NCBI GenBank assembly: GCA_020630595.1
Contig: JAHDBC010000008.1
Coordinates: 13,008 to 77,007, forward strand
From: Planktomarina sp.
Lineage (GTDB): Bacteria; Pseudomonadota; Alphaproteobacteria; Rhodobacterales; Rhodobacteraceae
Direction: 5' to 3'
DNA: 64,000 bases
Under the pieces are notes generated by a model. The model was not told where the DNA came from and made no database searches. It was given only the letters and a program-made list of their open reading frames with translations. Made by a program: the position numbers and the translations under genes. This document shows positions 36,745 through 45,787 of this stretch, piece by piece (positions within the stretch are counted from its first letter, which is position 1; the number at the start of each line of letters is the position of its first letter).

Positions 36745-37745
36745 CGCAGGCGCAACAACGGGGCAGGGCCCAGCGGGATGAACCCCAGCTTCATCTGGCC
36801 CGCGTCGATGTTCAATGGCACGTCCAACGTGTTTTCCGGGCCTGATGCGCGCGACAATGCCCCCAACAGACCTTCCAACGTTCCGGCGGTGTTGCGCGGC
36901 AGCGTTCCGTTTTCAACGGCCAACGCCAGCGCCTGTCGCCAGTTGGTCACTTTGAACGTCACTTCGCCATCAATCCGGCCGCGCGCGTCAACGGTGCCTT
37001 GTCCCGCCAGCCGCAAATCCAATTCGCCCCATGTGGCCTGCATGTTTGACAGATCAAAGGCCGTTGGTTGGGGCCGGGCCTGTTCGATGGCAGACCGATC
37101 CCATGGCCGGTCAAAGGTCATGGTCACATCCAATAGGGCGGTTTGAAACGTATCGGGCAGACGGTCCTGTGGGTCGATGATGCCCTTGAACAGCGCGCCG
37201 GGCACCATATCGGTTGCCTTGAAATGAATGTCATAGGTTGCATCGGTTCCATCGACCAACCGCACGGCGGAAAACCCGTCGGCAATCGCGCCTTGCCAGC
37301 CCGCGCTGCTGGACAGCTGGACCGCCTTTAGCTGAAACCGGGCTTCGTCCAGCGCGAAATTGTCAGTGCCCTTTACGTTCACGGATGCGCGCATGTCGTC
37401 CGATGTTACGGTCAACGTGCCATCGGGGGCAAAGAAGTCCTGCGTGTTGGGCCAGACTGCAATGATGTTCGTTGGATCATACGACAGTGTCAGCACTTGA
37501 AAAAACGGCGCGGTCCAACCGACGCCTGTGCGGGGGTCGGCCAACCGCACATCTGTCATGGTGGTGTCAAACCGGTTGGGAAAGCCGCTGGTCGACACAT
37601 CGGTGACATCGGCGGCCCAGCCTTCGGCACGGCGGTCATCGAACCAACCCTTGACCTGTGCTGTCACGGTAGAGGATCCGACCGCCCAATAGATCGACCA
37701 GCCAAGGGCCAACACCACAATCAACCAAAACAGTTTGCGCATCAT
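36741..37745 (-). CDS. DUF2125-family exported protein
   Basis: 334 aa. N-terminal membrane anchor MMRKLFWLIVVLALGWSIYWAV. The SGFPNRFD segment is typical of DUF2125 as I recall it. Confidence 0.68.
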   Translation of the reverse strand: MMRKLFWLIVVLALGWSIYWAVGSSTVTAQVKGWFDDRRAEGWAADVTDVSTSGFPNRFDTTMTDVRLADPRTGVGWTAPFFQVLTLSYDPTNIIAVWPNTQDFFAPDGTLTVTSDDMRASVNVKGTDNFALDEARFQLKAVQLSSSAGWQGAIADGFSAVRLVDGTDATYDIHFKATDMVPGALFKGIIDPQDRLPDTFQTALLDVTMTFDRPWDRSAIEQARPQPTAFDLSNMQATWGELDLRLAGQGTVDARGRIDGEVTFKVTNWRQALALAVENGTLPRNTAGTLEGLLGALSRASGPENTLDVPLNIDAGQMKLGFIPLGPAPLLRLR

Positions 37746-37820
37746 CTGCCATTTCCCTTCCCGTGCCGCGCCCTTATACCCCAGCCAACGGAATTGACGA
37801 TAGAAAGCGACGCGCCAGAC

Positions 37821-38345
37821 ATGTGGGTCTTTGCCTATGGATCATTGCTGTGGAACCCCGGGTTCACGCCCGCAGAACAGGTGCGTGCCGATGTGCCGGG
37901 GTACGGGCGCAGTTTTTGCATGTGGTCTATCCATCATCGCGGGTCAGAAGACGACCCGGGGCTGGTGCTTGCCCTTGATCGGGGGGCAGGGGTCTGTGCC
38001 GGGATGGCATTGCGTACCCAAGACGCTGAGGCGGATACCGTTCTGGCCATGCTGCGCGAACGCGAATTGATTTCATCCGCCTACGAAGAAGTCTGGTTGC
38101 CGTTGACCCTGTCTGATGGCCGTCAGGTCGACGCCGTGACCTATGTGATCAACCGCGATCACGTGCAATACTGCCCTGATCTGACGCTGGAACGGCAAGC
38201 GCAAATCATCGCCCATGCCGTGGGCGGGCGCGGGCCCAATCGTGAATATTTGTACAATACGGCCCAGTTGTTGCGTGATCTGGACATTCCGGACCCAGAT
38301 ATGGACTGGTTAACCACCCGCGTGCGGGAATTATCGCACGATTAG
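37821..38345 (+). CDS. chaC: ChaC-family gamma-glutamylcyclotransferase
   Basis: Start at MWVFAYGSLLWNPGF (YGSL motif). GLVLALD, and RGPNREYLYNT near the C-terminus. About 174 aa. Confidence 0.8.
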   Translation: MWVFAYGSLLWNPGFTPAEQVRADVPGYGRSFCMWSIHHRGSEDDPGLVLALDRGAGVCAGMALRTQDAEADTVLAMLRERELISSAYEEVWLPLTLSDGRQVDAVTYVINRDHVQYCPDLTLERQAQIIAHAVGGRGPNREYLYNTAQLLRDLDIPDPDMDWLTTRVRELSHD

Positions 38346-38411
38346 GTTTTGCGTTTGGTCTGAAATCTGGCAAGGTCCGGGGCAGAACCACAGGCAAACA
38401 GCAGGCCCGCA

Positions 38412-39611
38412 ATGGCGACCCAAGACCGCGACACCGGCATTCAGTTTTCGCAGCCGTTTTCCCAGATTTTGACGATGATCATCATCATGGCACTGGTGAT
38501 CGCGATGGGGTATCTGGCGTTCCCGTCCGTGGGTCCGGTGTTTCTGGCAAACCCCTATTTCAACGGGGTGATCCTGGTGGTGTTTATCGTCGGTGTCGTG
38601 ACCTGCTTTATTCAGGTCACGTCGCTTGTGCGATCGGTGCAATGGATCGAAGGGTTCGCAACACAGACCGTGGGTCACCATCTGACCACCCCGCCGCAAC
38701 TTTTGGCACCGTTGGCGGCTTTGCTGCGCCAGCGCGGTGCCCGATTGCAGCTGGGGTCAGCATCATCGCGGTCGATCCTTGATTCTGTGGCGACCCGCAT
38801 CGATGAACAGCGCGACCTAACCCGATATATCACGAACGTGCTGATTTTTCTGGGTCTGTTGGGGACGTTTTACGGGCTGGCAACCACTGTGCCTGCGCTG
38901 GTGCAAACCATTCAATCCCTGACCCCAACCGATGGCGAAGACGCATTGGCGATTTTCGCGCGGCTGCAATCGGGTCTTGAAGGGCAGTTGGATGGGATGG
39001 GCATCGCCTTTGCATCATCCCTTCTTGGGTTGGCCGGGTCATTGGTTGTCGGCCTGTTAGAGGTGTTCGCAGGTCGGGGGCAAAACCGGTTTTATGGCGA
39101 ATTGGAAGAATGGTTGTCGTCCATCACCCGCGTCGGCTTTGCCGGGGGCGATGGGGATGGGGCCGCAGACCAATCCGTTTTGGCGGCGATGATGGATCAC
39201 ATGTCTGAACAGATGGACGGCATGAACCAGATGTATGCCCAAGCCAGCGCAGGGCAGGCCGATGTGGAAGCGCGGCTTGTGACGCTGACATCCACATTGG
39301 ACAAGCTGGCGCGCAAGCTGGACACAGGCCAAACCGAAGCCTTGGAACGGGTGGCCACCAGTCAGGAACAAATCGTCGCCCGGATGCAAGCCGATGGCGG
39401 CGGCGGTGACGGGATCGATGCCGAAAGCCGGATGCGCCTGCGGTCTATCGATGTTCAGCTTTTGCGAATTCTCGAAGAAATCTCTGCCGGACGACAAGAA
39501 AGCGTGTCTGAATTGCGCACCGATCTGGCCAATCTGTCGAAATCCATGCGCGCCTTTGCCCGTGCGACACAGCAATCCCAACAGGGCAACACGCCCAGAA
39601 AAGACGGCTGA
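38412..39611 (+). CDS. MotA/TolQ/ExbB-like proton-channel family protein with a ~175-aa hydrophilic C-terminal tail
   Basis: 399 aa with four hydrophobic segments. FLGLLGTFYGLATT and GIAFASSLLGLAGSLVVG resemble the TM3/TM4 signature of the MotA_ExbB family. Its stop overlaps the start of the next gene (TGATG). Confidence 0.72.
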   Translation: MATQDRDTGIQFSQPFSQILTMIIIMALVIAMGYLAFPSVGPVFLANPYFNGVILVVFIVGVVTCFIQVTSLVRSVQWIEGFATQTVGHHLTTPPQLLAPLAALLRQRGARLQLGSASSRSILDSVATRIDEQRDLTRYITNVLIFLGLLGTFYGLATTVPALVQTIQSLTPTDGEDALAIFARLQSGLEGQLDGMGIAFASSLLGLAGSLVVGLLEVFAGRGQNRFYGELEEWLSSITRVGFAGGDGDGAADQSVLAAMMDHMSEQMDGMNQMYAQASAGQADVEARLVTLTSTLDKLARKLDTGQTEALERVATSQEQIVARMQADGGGGDGIDAESRMRLRSIDVQLLRILEEISAGRQESVSELRTDLANLSKSMRAFARATQQSQQGNTPRKDG

Positions 39612-41989
39612 TGGCGCTGACGCGGCGCACGGGCGCACGGTTCCAGGCCTCTATCTGGCCGGGGTTCGTGGATGCCATGACGGGCCTTTTGCTGGTCCTG
39701 ATGTTCGTGTTGACGATCTTTATGGTCATGCAATTCGTGCTGCGCGAAACGATCAAGGGGCAGGGGTCCGAACTGGAAGAACTGAACCAGACGATCGAAA
39801 CCAAGGATTTGGAACTGGCGGCCCTTGCATCCCAAATCGCACAACTTGGCAATGCGTTGGGGTTGGAACAGGATACAACCGCCGCCCTGCGCAATCAGGT
39901 GACTGGGTTGACCGGGTCATTGGAAACCGCACAAGATCAGATTGGGCAGCAATCGGCCCTGATCGGACGGCTGACCGCGCAACTGGAAACACAGACCGGG
40001 CGCATCGCGGATTTCGAAACCCAAGTGGCCAGCCTTTTGGCCCAACGCGATGATGCCAATGCGCGCATCGCCGGGCTGGAAGATGACACCGCAACCCTGA
40101 CCCAGCAATTGGTCGCCGCCCGCGACGATATCGACGCCGCCGCCGAAGCCGCCGCATTGGCTGCCGCCCAACGCGAAGCGTTGGAAGCGCGGATCGACAG
40201 CCTGCGCGCAGAAGCCGCGCAAACACAAACATCGCTGACCGACACACTGGCCCTTTTGGCCGCAACCCGGGATCGCGTTGCCGCACTGGATACCACCAAA
40301 GCTGATCTGGAAGCACAGGCCGAAGATCTGCAATCCCAGCTGACGATCGCCGAACGCGAAGCTGCCGCCGCTGTGATCCTGCGTCAGGAACTGGCCAACA
40401 GTCAGGCCGCGCTATCCGCCGAAGAACAGGCCAAAGTCGCAGAAATGCTGGCCGCAGAACAGCTGCGCAAGGATTTGGAAGCGGCACAATCCGATCTGTC
40501 TGCCTTGCAATTGGTGTTGAACGAAGAACGCAAACAGGCCGAAGAAACGCTGGCCCTGTTGGCCGCTGCCAATGCGGTTCAGACGGATCTGGACGCGCAA
40601 CTGGCAACCACGATTTTGGCATTGGAAGCGGCGCAGGCGCAAACCTCCCTGACCGAAGATGAACTTGCCGCCGCACGTGGCACCGCCGAAGACACGCAAG
40701 ACCGCCTGACCGAAGCCTTGGCCCGATTGACGGCACGCGAAGCGGAGTTGACCCGCATTCAGGCCGGTCTGGCAGCGGCAGAAGCAACCTTGGGCGACCG
40801 CAATGCCGAACGCGACGCATTGGCGGCGGCCCTTGCTGCCGCGCAGTCGGATGTGCAGGCGGCCCTGTCAGATGTGGCCGCACGCGAAGCGGAAATTGCG
40901 GGGTTGCGTGATCTGTTAGCGCAGGCACAGGGCACGGTCGGCGACCGGGACGCGGAATTGGCGCAGCTTTTGGCGGATCTAAATGCCGCGCAGGCGGATT
41001 TGACAACTGCGCGTCAGGATCTTCAGGCGGCCCGGGACGCAGCTGACGCAACGACCACGGATCTGCAGGCGCGCCTGACGCGGGCAGAACGGGCGGCACA
41101 GGATGCCGGGTCTGCAGCCACCGATCTGCGCGCACAGGTTGCCGCGGCATTGGCCGCCCGTGCGCTGGCCGAAGACGACGCAGCCCTGCAACTGTCAGAG
41201 GCAGAGCGCCAGTCGCTGCTGTTGGCGCAGGCGCAAGCGCAGCTGGACACGGAACGTGAAATATCATCCGCCGCCCAGCGCCAAGTCGAAGCGCTGCGGC
41301 AGCAGATTCAGTCGCTGGAACGGGAACTGTCCAATCTGGGTGGTTTGCTGGATCAAAGCGAAGAACGCGATGCGGCCCGCCAGATTGAACTGTCCAATCT
41401 GGGAACGCGCCTGAACAGTGCGCTGGCGGATGCTGCGCTTCAGGCCCGCCGCGCCGAACGGCTGGAAGAAGCCGAACGGATCCGTCTGGAAGAAGAAGCG
41501 GCGCGTCTGGCCGCCGAAGCGCAGACATTGGAACGGTATAAGTCAGAATTCTTGGGCCAGGTGCGCGAATTGCTGGAAGGGCGCGAAGGCGTCAGCCTTG
41601 TGGGGGATCGGTTCGTGTTCAGTTCCGAAGTTCTGTTCCCGCCGGGTGGGGCGGAATTGTCGCCAGCAGGGGAAGATCAGATCACCCGGATTGCCAGCCT
41701 GTTGCGCGAAATCGCGGCCGATATTCCAGAAGGCATTGATTGGGTCATTCAGGTGGATGGGCACACCGACAACGTGCCGTTGTCGGGCACGGGTCAGTTC
41801 GCCAACAACTGGGAACTGTCGCAGGCGCGCGCATTGTCGGTTGTGCTGTATATGGTCAATTTTCTGGGGCTGCCGCCAGAACGTCTTTCGGCCAATGGGT
41901 TTGGCCAGCATCAACCTTTGAACCCCGCCAACACGGATGAGGCGCGCGCCCAAAACCGCCGGATCGAATTGAAATTCACTGAAAAATAA
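39611..41989 (+). CDS. MotB-like plug/TM protein with a ~600-aa coiled-coil-like spacer and a C-terminal OmpA-type peptidoglycan-binding domain
   Basis: 792 aa. N-terminal WPGFVDAMTGLLLVLMFVL is a MotB-type TM with the conserved Asp. The long middle region is rich in Ala, Leu, Glu, Gln and Arg. The C-terminus has VDGHTDNVP...NWELSQARA...NRRIELKF. Confidence 0.8.
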   Translation: MALTRRTGARFQASIWPGFVDAMTGLLLVLMFVLTIFMVMQFVLRETIKGQGSELEELNQTIETKDLELAALASQIAQLGNALGLEQDTTAALRNQVTGLTGSLETAQDQIGQQSALIGRLTAQLETQTGRIADFETQVASLLAQRDDANARIAGLEDDTATLTQQLVAARDDIDAAAEAAALAAAQREALEARIDSLRAEAAQTQTSLTDTLALLAATRDRVAALDTTKADLEAQAEDLQSQLTIAEREAAAAVILRQELANSQAALSAEEQAKVAEMLAAEQLRKDLEAAQSDLSALQLVLNEERKQAEETLALLAAANAVQTDLDAQLATTILALEAAQAQTSLTEDELAAARGTAEDTQDRLTEALARLTAREAELTRIQAGLAAAEATLGDRNAERDALAAALAAAQSDVQAALSDVAAREAEIAGLRDLLAQAQGTVGDRDAELAQLLADLNAAQADLTTARQDLQAARDAADATTTDLQARLTRAERAAQDAGSAATDLRAQVAAALAARALAEDDAALQLSEAERQSLLLAQAQAQLDTEREISSAAQRQVEALRQQIQSLERELSNLGGLLDQSEERDAARQIELSNLGTRLNSALADAALQARRAERLEEAERIRLEEEAARLAAEAQTLERYKSEFLGQVRELLEGREGVSLVGDRFVFSSEVLFPPGGAELSPAGEDQITRIASLLREIAADIPEGIDWVIQVDGHTDNVPLSGTGQFANNWELSQARALSVVLYMVNFLGLPPERLSANGFGQHQPLNPANTDEARAQNRRIELKFTEK

Positions 41990-42017
41990 CGCGCGTGTCG
42001 GTGTATGCGGGCGCGGC

Positions 42018-42998
42018 CTATGGGTCGGGCGGCCCTACGATCGTAGTGACCGTTTTTTCTTCAATCACGGTGCCGTTGCGGATCAGGCGCATCGTGGCGG
42101 TATATGTGCCTTCGGCCCACAAATCATCCCTGCGCCGCCGCCCCATATAATTCAGCGATGCAAATTTGCGGTCACGTTCCAGCGTGGTTTGCCCAGACCA
42201 GAATGGCCCGTCGGGGCCAATGATTTCGGCCCAAACGACATCGCCCGTTTTCACAGTGTAGCCGTGCGCCCATGCCACCATGGCGGGGGCGTTGGCCGGT
42301 ATGATCGGTGTGGCGTCCAGATCGTCGCGCACATCGGCAAACACCGGCGGAACGCCCGCCAAACCAATCCGCACAAAGCCGCCGGGTTGGTAAGGGATGT
42401 CGCGCAGCCAAAGGTCATTTTCCGATGAAAGATTGCACTGCGCAGTCATATCCGGATTGAACGGATCAACCCGTTGGCGGTCCTTGAACAGGGACAGGTG
42501 TACATGCGGGTAGTTGGTGGCCCCCGACAGGCCAACTTCGCCCAGGACGGCCCCCATCGCAACGCGCTGGCCTTCGGCGACGCTGATGCTGTCTTTTTTC
42601 AGGTGGCAATACTGGGTGATCCAACCGCCCCCATGGTCGATGGCAACACCGTTTCCGCATTCCTGCCCTGCGGTGTTCGGTGCATTGGGATCGGTGTTGG
42701 CGATATCGGGCAGCCCGTCGCGAATGCCGCGCACGGTGCCGGGGGCCATTGCGATGACATCGACGCCGTCGCGCATCTGTTGCAGGTTCAGCAATGCGAA
42801 ATCCACGCCACGGTGATTGTCGCGGGTCACATCATTGCAGGCATAATCCAAAACCGCGCCTTCGCCGGCGTCGCGGTCAAAATAATCATTGATGTAACAA
42901 TCCTGCCCCAAGGTGCAATCAAGGGGCACATCAAACAGCGGTTCCTTGGCCCCGACGGCGGATGCCATCAGGGCCAAAGGCAACACTGCGAACCGCAT
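42018..42998 (-). CDS. M23-family (LytM-type) metallopeptidase, exported
   Basis: 326 aa. Signal peptide [25 protein letters not shown] (HxxxD) and YPHVHLSLF (HxH). The start overlaps the clpA stop by 1 nt (TGATG). Confidence 0.85.
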   Translation of the reverse strand: MRFAVLPLALMASAVGAKEPLFDVPLDCTLGQDCYINDYFDRDAGEGAVLDYACNDVTRDNHRGVDFALLNLQQMRDGVDVIAMAPGTVRGIRDGLPDIANTDPNAPNTAGQECGNGVAIDHGGGWITQYCHLKKDSISVAEGQRVAMGAVLGEVGLSGATNYPHVHLSLFKDRQRVDPFNPDMTAQCNLSSENDLWLRDIPYQPGGFVRIGLAGVPPVFADVRDDLDATPIIPANAPAMVAWAHGYTVKTGDVVWAEIIGPDGPFWSGQTTLERDRKFASLNYMGRRRRDDLWAEGTYTATMRLIRNGTVIEEKTVTTIVGPPDP

Positions 42999-45337
42999 CA
43001 GTCGGCAGTCAGCAGGGGTGGTTTATCCCCGCCACCGGTGATTTGGCGTTTGGGCTGTTCTTCAATGCGCAGATCCAGCTTGCCGTCTTTGACGCCCACT
43101 TTCACGATCCCGCCTTTGGTCAAACGGCCAAACAGCAGTTCTTCGGCCAGCGGTTTCTTGATGTGTTCTTGAATGACACGCGACAGGGGCCGCGCGCCCA
43201 TACGGTCGTCATAGCCCTGATCGCCCAGCCAATCGGCCGCAGCCCGGGTCAGTTCGATGGTCACATTGCGGTCCATCAACTGCGCTTCCAGCTGAAGCAC
43301 GAATTTTTCGACCACTTGCGCAATCACATCACGTGACAGGGGCGCAAAGCTGACAATCGCATCCAGACGGTTGCGGAATTCGGGCGTGAACAGTTTTTCA
43401 ATCGCGGCGGTATCTTCGCCTTCGCGCTTTTCGCGGCCAAAGCCCAGCGGTGCCCGTGCCGCGTCAGCCGCGCCGGCGTTCGATGTCATGATCAGGATCA
43501 CGTTGCGGAAATCCGTTGCGCGACCATTGTGATCGGTCAGCTTGCCGTGGTCCATCACCTGTAGCAGGATGTTGAACACATCCGGGTGCGCCTTTTCGAT
43601 TTCGTCCAGCAACAGCACACAGTGCGGGTTCTGATCGACGCCGTCCGTCAGCATACCGCCCTGATCAAATCCGACATAGCCGGGGGGCGCCCCGATCAAG
43701 CGGCTGATCGCGTGTTTTTCCATGTATTCTGACATGTCAAACCGCAGCATTTCCACACCCAGCGTATCCGCCAGCTGTTTGGCGACTTCGGTCTTGCCGA
43801 CGCCCGTGGGCCCGGCGAACAGGTAGTTGCCGATGGGCTTTTCTGGTTCACGCAGACCGGCGCGGGCCAGTTTGATGGCTGACGACAGCGCTTCGATCGC
43901 GGGATCCTGACCGAAGACGACGCGTTTCAGCGATGCTTCCAAATCCTTCAGCACGGCAGCGTCATCTTTGGTGACGTTCTTGGGCGGAATACGCGCAATC
44001 TTTGCCACGACCGCTTCGATATCTTTGGCCCCAATGGTTTTGCGCCGTTTGGATTCCGCCAACAGATGCTGGGCGGCCCCGGCTTCGTCGATCACGTCAA
44101 TCGCCTTGTCCGGCAATTTGCGGTCATTGATGTAACGTGCGGCCAGTTCCACTGCGGTCTTGATCGCATCGGCGGTGTATTTGATATCGTGGTGTTCTTC
44201 GAAATAGGGCTTCAACCCTTTCAGGATTTTTACCGAATCTTCGACAGATGGTTCGTTCACGTCGATCTTTTGGAACCGGCGCGACAACGCACGGTCTTTT
44301 TCAAAATGCTGACGATATTCCTTGTATGTCGTGGACCCCATGCAGCGCAGTTTGCCACCCGCCAACGCGGGTTTCAGCAGGTTCGATGCATCCATCGCGC
44401 CGCCAGACGTGGCACCCGCGCCAATCACGGTATGGATTTCGTCGATGAACAAAACGGCGTCATCGTGATCTTCCATTTCCGTCATCACGGCTTTCAGCCG
44501 TTCTTCGAAATCGCCACGATACCGTGTGCCGGCAAGCAATGCGCCCATGTCCAGCGAATAGATCACGGTTTCGGACAGGATGTCCGGCGTTTGGCCTTGC
44601 ACGATTTTGCGGGCCAACCCTTCGGCGATGGCTGTTTTGCCCACACCGGGATCACCGACAAGGATCGGGTTGTTTTTGCGGCGGCGGCACAGCACCTGAA
44701 TGCAGCGTTCGACTTCGTGATCGCGACCAATCAATGGGTCCACGTCGCCGTCAGCCGCTTTCGCATTCAGATCGACACAGTATTTTTCCAGTGCGGATTC
44801 CTTGGCATCTTTGGCACCTTCGGCTTCGATGTTTTCAAATCCGTCGTTGGTTTCTTCTTCTGCGCCTTGAACGGGGCGGGATTCGCCGAATGCCGGGTCT
44901 TTGGCGACCCCGTGGGCAATAAAGTTCACCGCGTCATAGCGGGTCATATCCTGTTCTTGCAGGAAATAGGCTGCGTTTGATTCCCGTTCGGCAAAGATGG
45001 CAACCAGAACATTGGCGCCCGTCACTTCGGTACGGCCGGATGATTGCACGTGGATCGCTGCGCGCTGGATCACACGCTGAAACGCAGCTGTTGGCACGGC
45101 TTCGGATCCGTCAACGTCGGTGATCAGTGTCTGCAGATCATCATCGATAAAAGTTTCAAGCGTTCCGCGCAGGGCATCAAGATCAACCGAACAGGCCCGC
45201 ATCACCTTTGCGGCGTCTGGTTCATCGATCAGCGCCAGCAAAAGATGTTCCAGCGTGGCCAGTTCATGTTTGCGATCGTTGGCCAAACCCAACGCGGCGT
45301 GGATGGATTGTTCTAATGTAGTCGAAAATGACGGCAC
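42998..45337 (-). CDS. clpA: ATP-dependent Clp protease ATP-binding subunit ClpA
   Basis: 779 aa, GTG start with GAGGAG upstream. N-domain, then two AAA+ modules with Walker A GDPGVGKT and GPTGVGKT. Confidence 0.96.
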   Translation of the reverse strand: MPSFSTTLEQSIHAALGLANDRKHELATLEHLLLALIDEPDAAKVMRACSVDLDALRGTLETFIDDDLQTLITDVDGSEAVPTAAFQRVIQRAAIHVQSSGRTEVTGANVLVAIFAERESNAAYFLQEQDMTRYDAVNFIAHGVAKDPAFGESRPVQGAEEETNDGFENIEAEGAKDAKESALEKYCVDLNAKAADGDVDPLIGRDHEVERCIQVLCRRRKNNPILVGDPGVGKTAIAEGLARKIVQGQTPDILSETVIYSLDMGALLAGTRYRGDFEERLKAVMTEMEDHDDAVLFIDEIHTVIGAGATSGGAMDASNLLKPALAGGKLRCMGSTTYKEYRQHFEKDRALSRRFQKIDVNEPSVEDSVKILKGLKPYFEEHHDIKYTADAIKTAVELAARYINDRKLPDKAIDVIDEAGAAQHLLAESKRRKTIGAKDIEAVVAKIARIPPKNVTKDDAAVLKDLEASLKRVVFGQDPAIEALSSAIKLARAGLREPEKPIGNYLFAGPTGVGKTEVAKQLADTLGVEMLRFDMSEYMEKHAISRLIGAPPGYVGFDQGGMLTDGVDQNPHCVLLLDEIEKAHPDVFNILLQVMDHGKLTDHNGRATDFRNVILIMTSNAGAADAARAPLGFGREKREGEDTAAIEKLFTPEFRNRLDAIVSFAPLSRDVIAQVVEKFVLQLEAQLMDRNVTIELTRAAADWLGDQGYDDRMGARPLSRVIQEHIKKPLAEELLFGRLTKGGIVKVGVKDGKLDLRIEEQPKRQITGGGDKPPLLTAD

Positions 45338-45787
45338 GTTCGGTGCTCCTCATATCTTGGTCGCGGGGGGAGGGGATACTCCACATCGTGGTACGACCGT
45401 GTCTGTTATATCTAGACTTTGACTTTTGTGCCCAGCCTTCAAGTGTTTTTGTCGAAATTCCGTTACAAATTTCCCTTGACCCGCGGTTTTGTGATCTGTT
45501 GTCGATCATCGCGCGCAAGTGATGAAGAAATCACCAAGAAATCGACCGCAGGGTTCGATTAATGCGCTGCACACCGCATGGCCCCGGGGGGTATCGCGAC
45601 GCCGGGTCGATGTTTCGACCCAGCATTTGATAAAAGACGTAAGTCTGTGTGCCGGTCATTCAAGATGGTGGATGGATGCCTCACGGCTTTGTGCCGATGA
45701 CAGGTTTTCGCACTTTGGCCCAAATGCCGACCGATGGGTCCACGAACATGCTTTGCGCGGCTGGATTTTGAAAAGCGGTATGCAGGG

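Noticed and set aside
39753-41528. 591-aa ORF on the minus strand, antisense to the MotB-like gene
   Set aside because: Its translation is Pro/Arg/Ala-rich low complexity with no domain. It is the expected stop-free mirror frame of a GC-rich region rich in GCN, CTG and GAA codons. The sense-strand product has clear TM and OmpA motifs.
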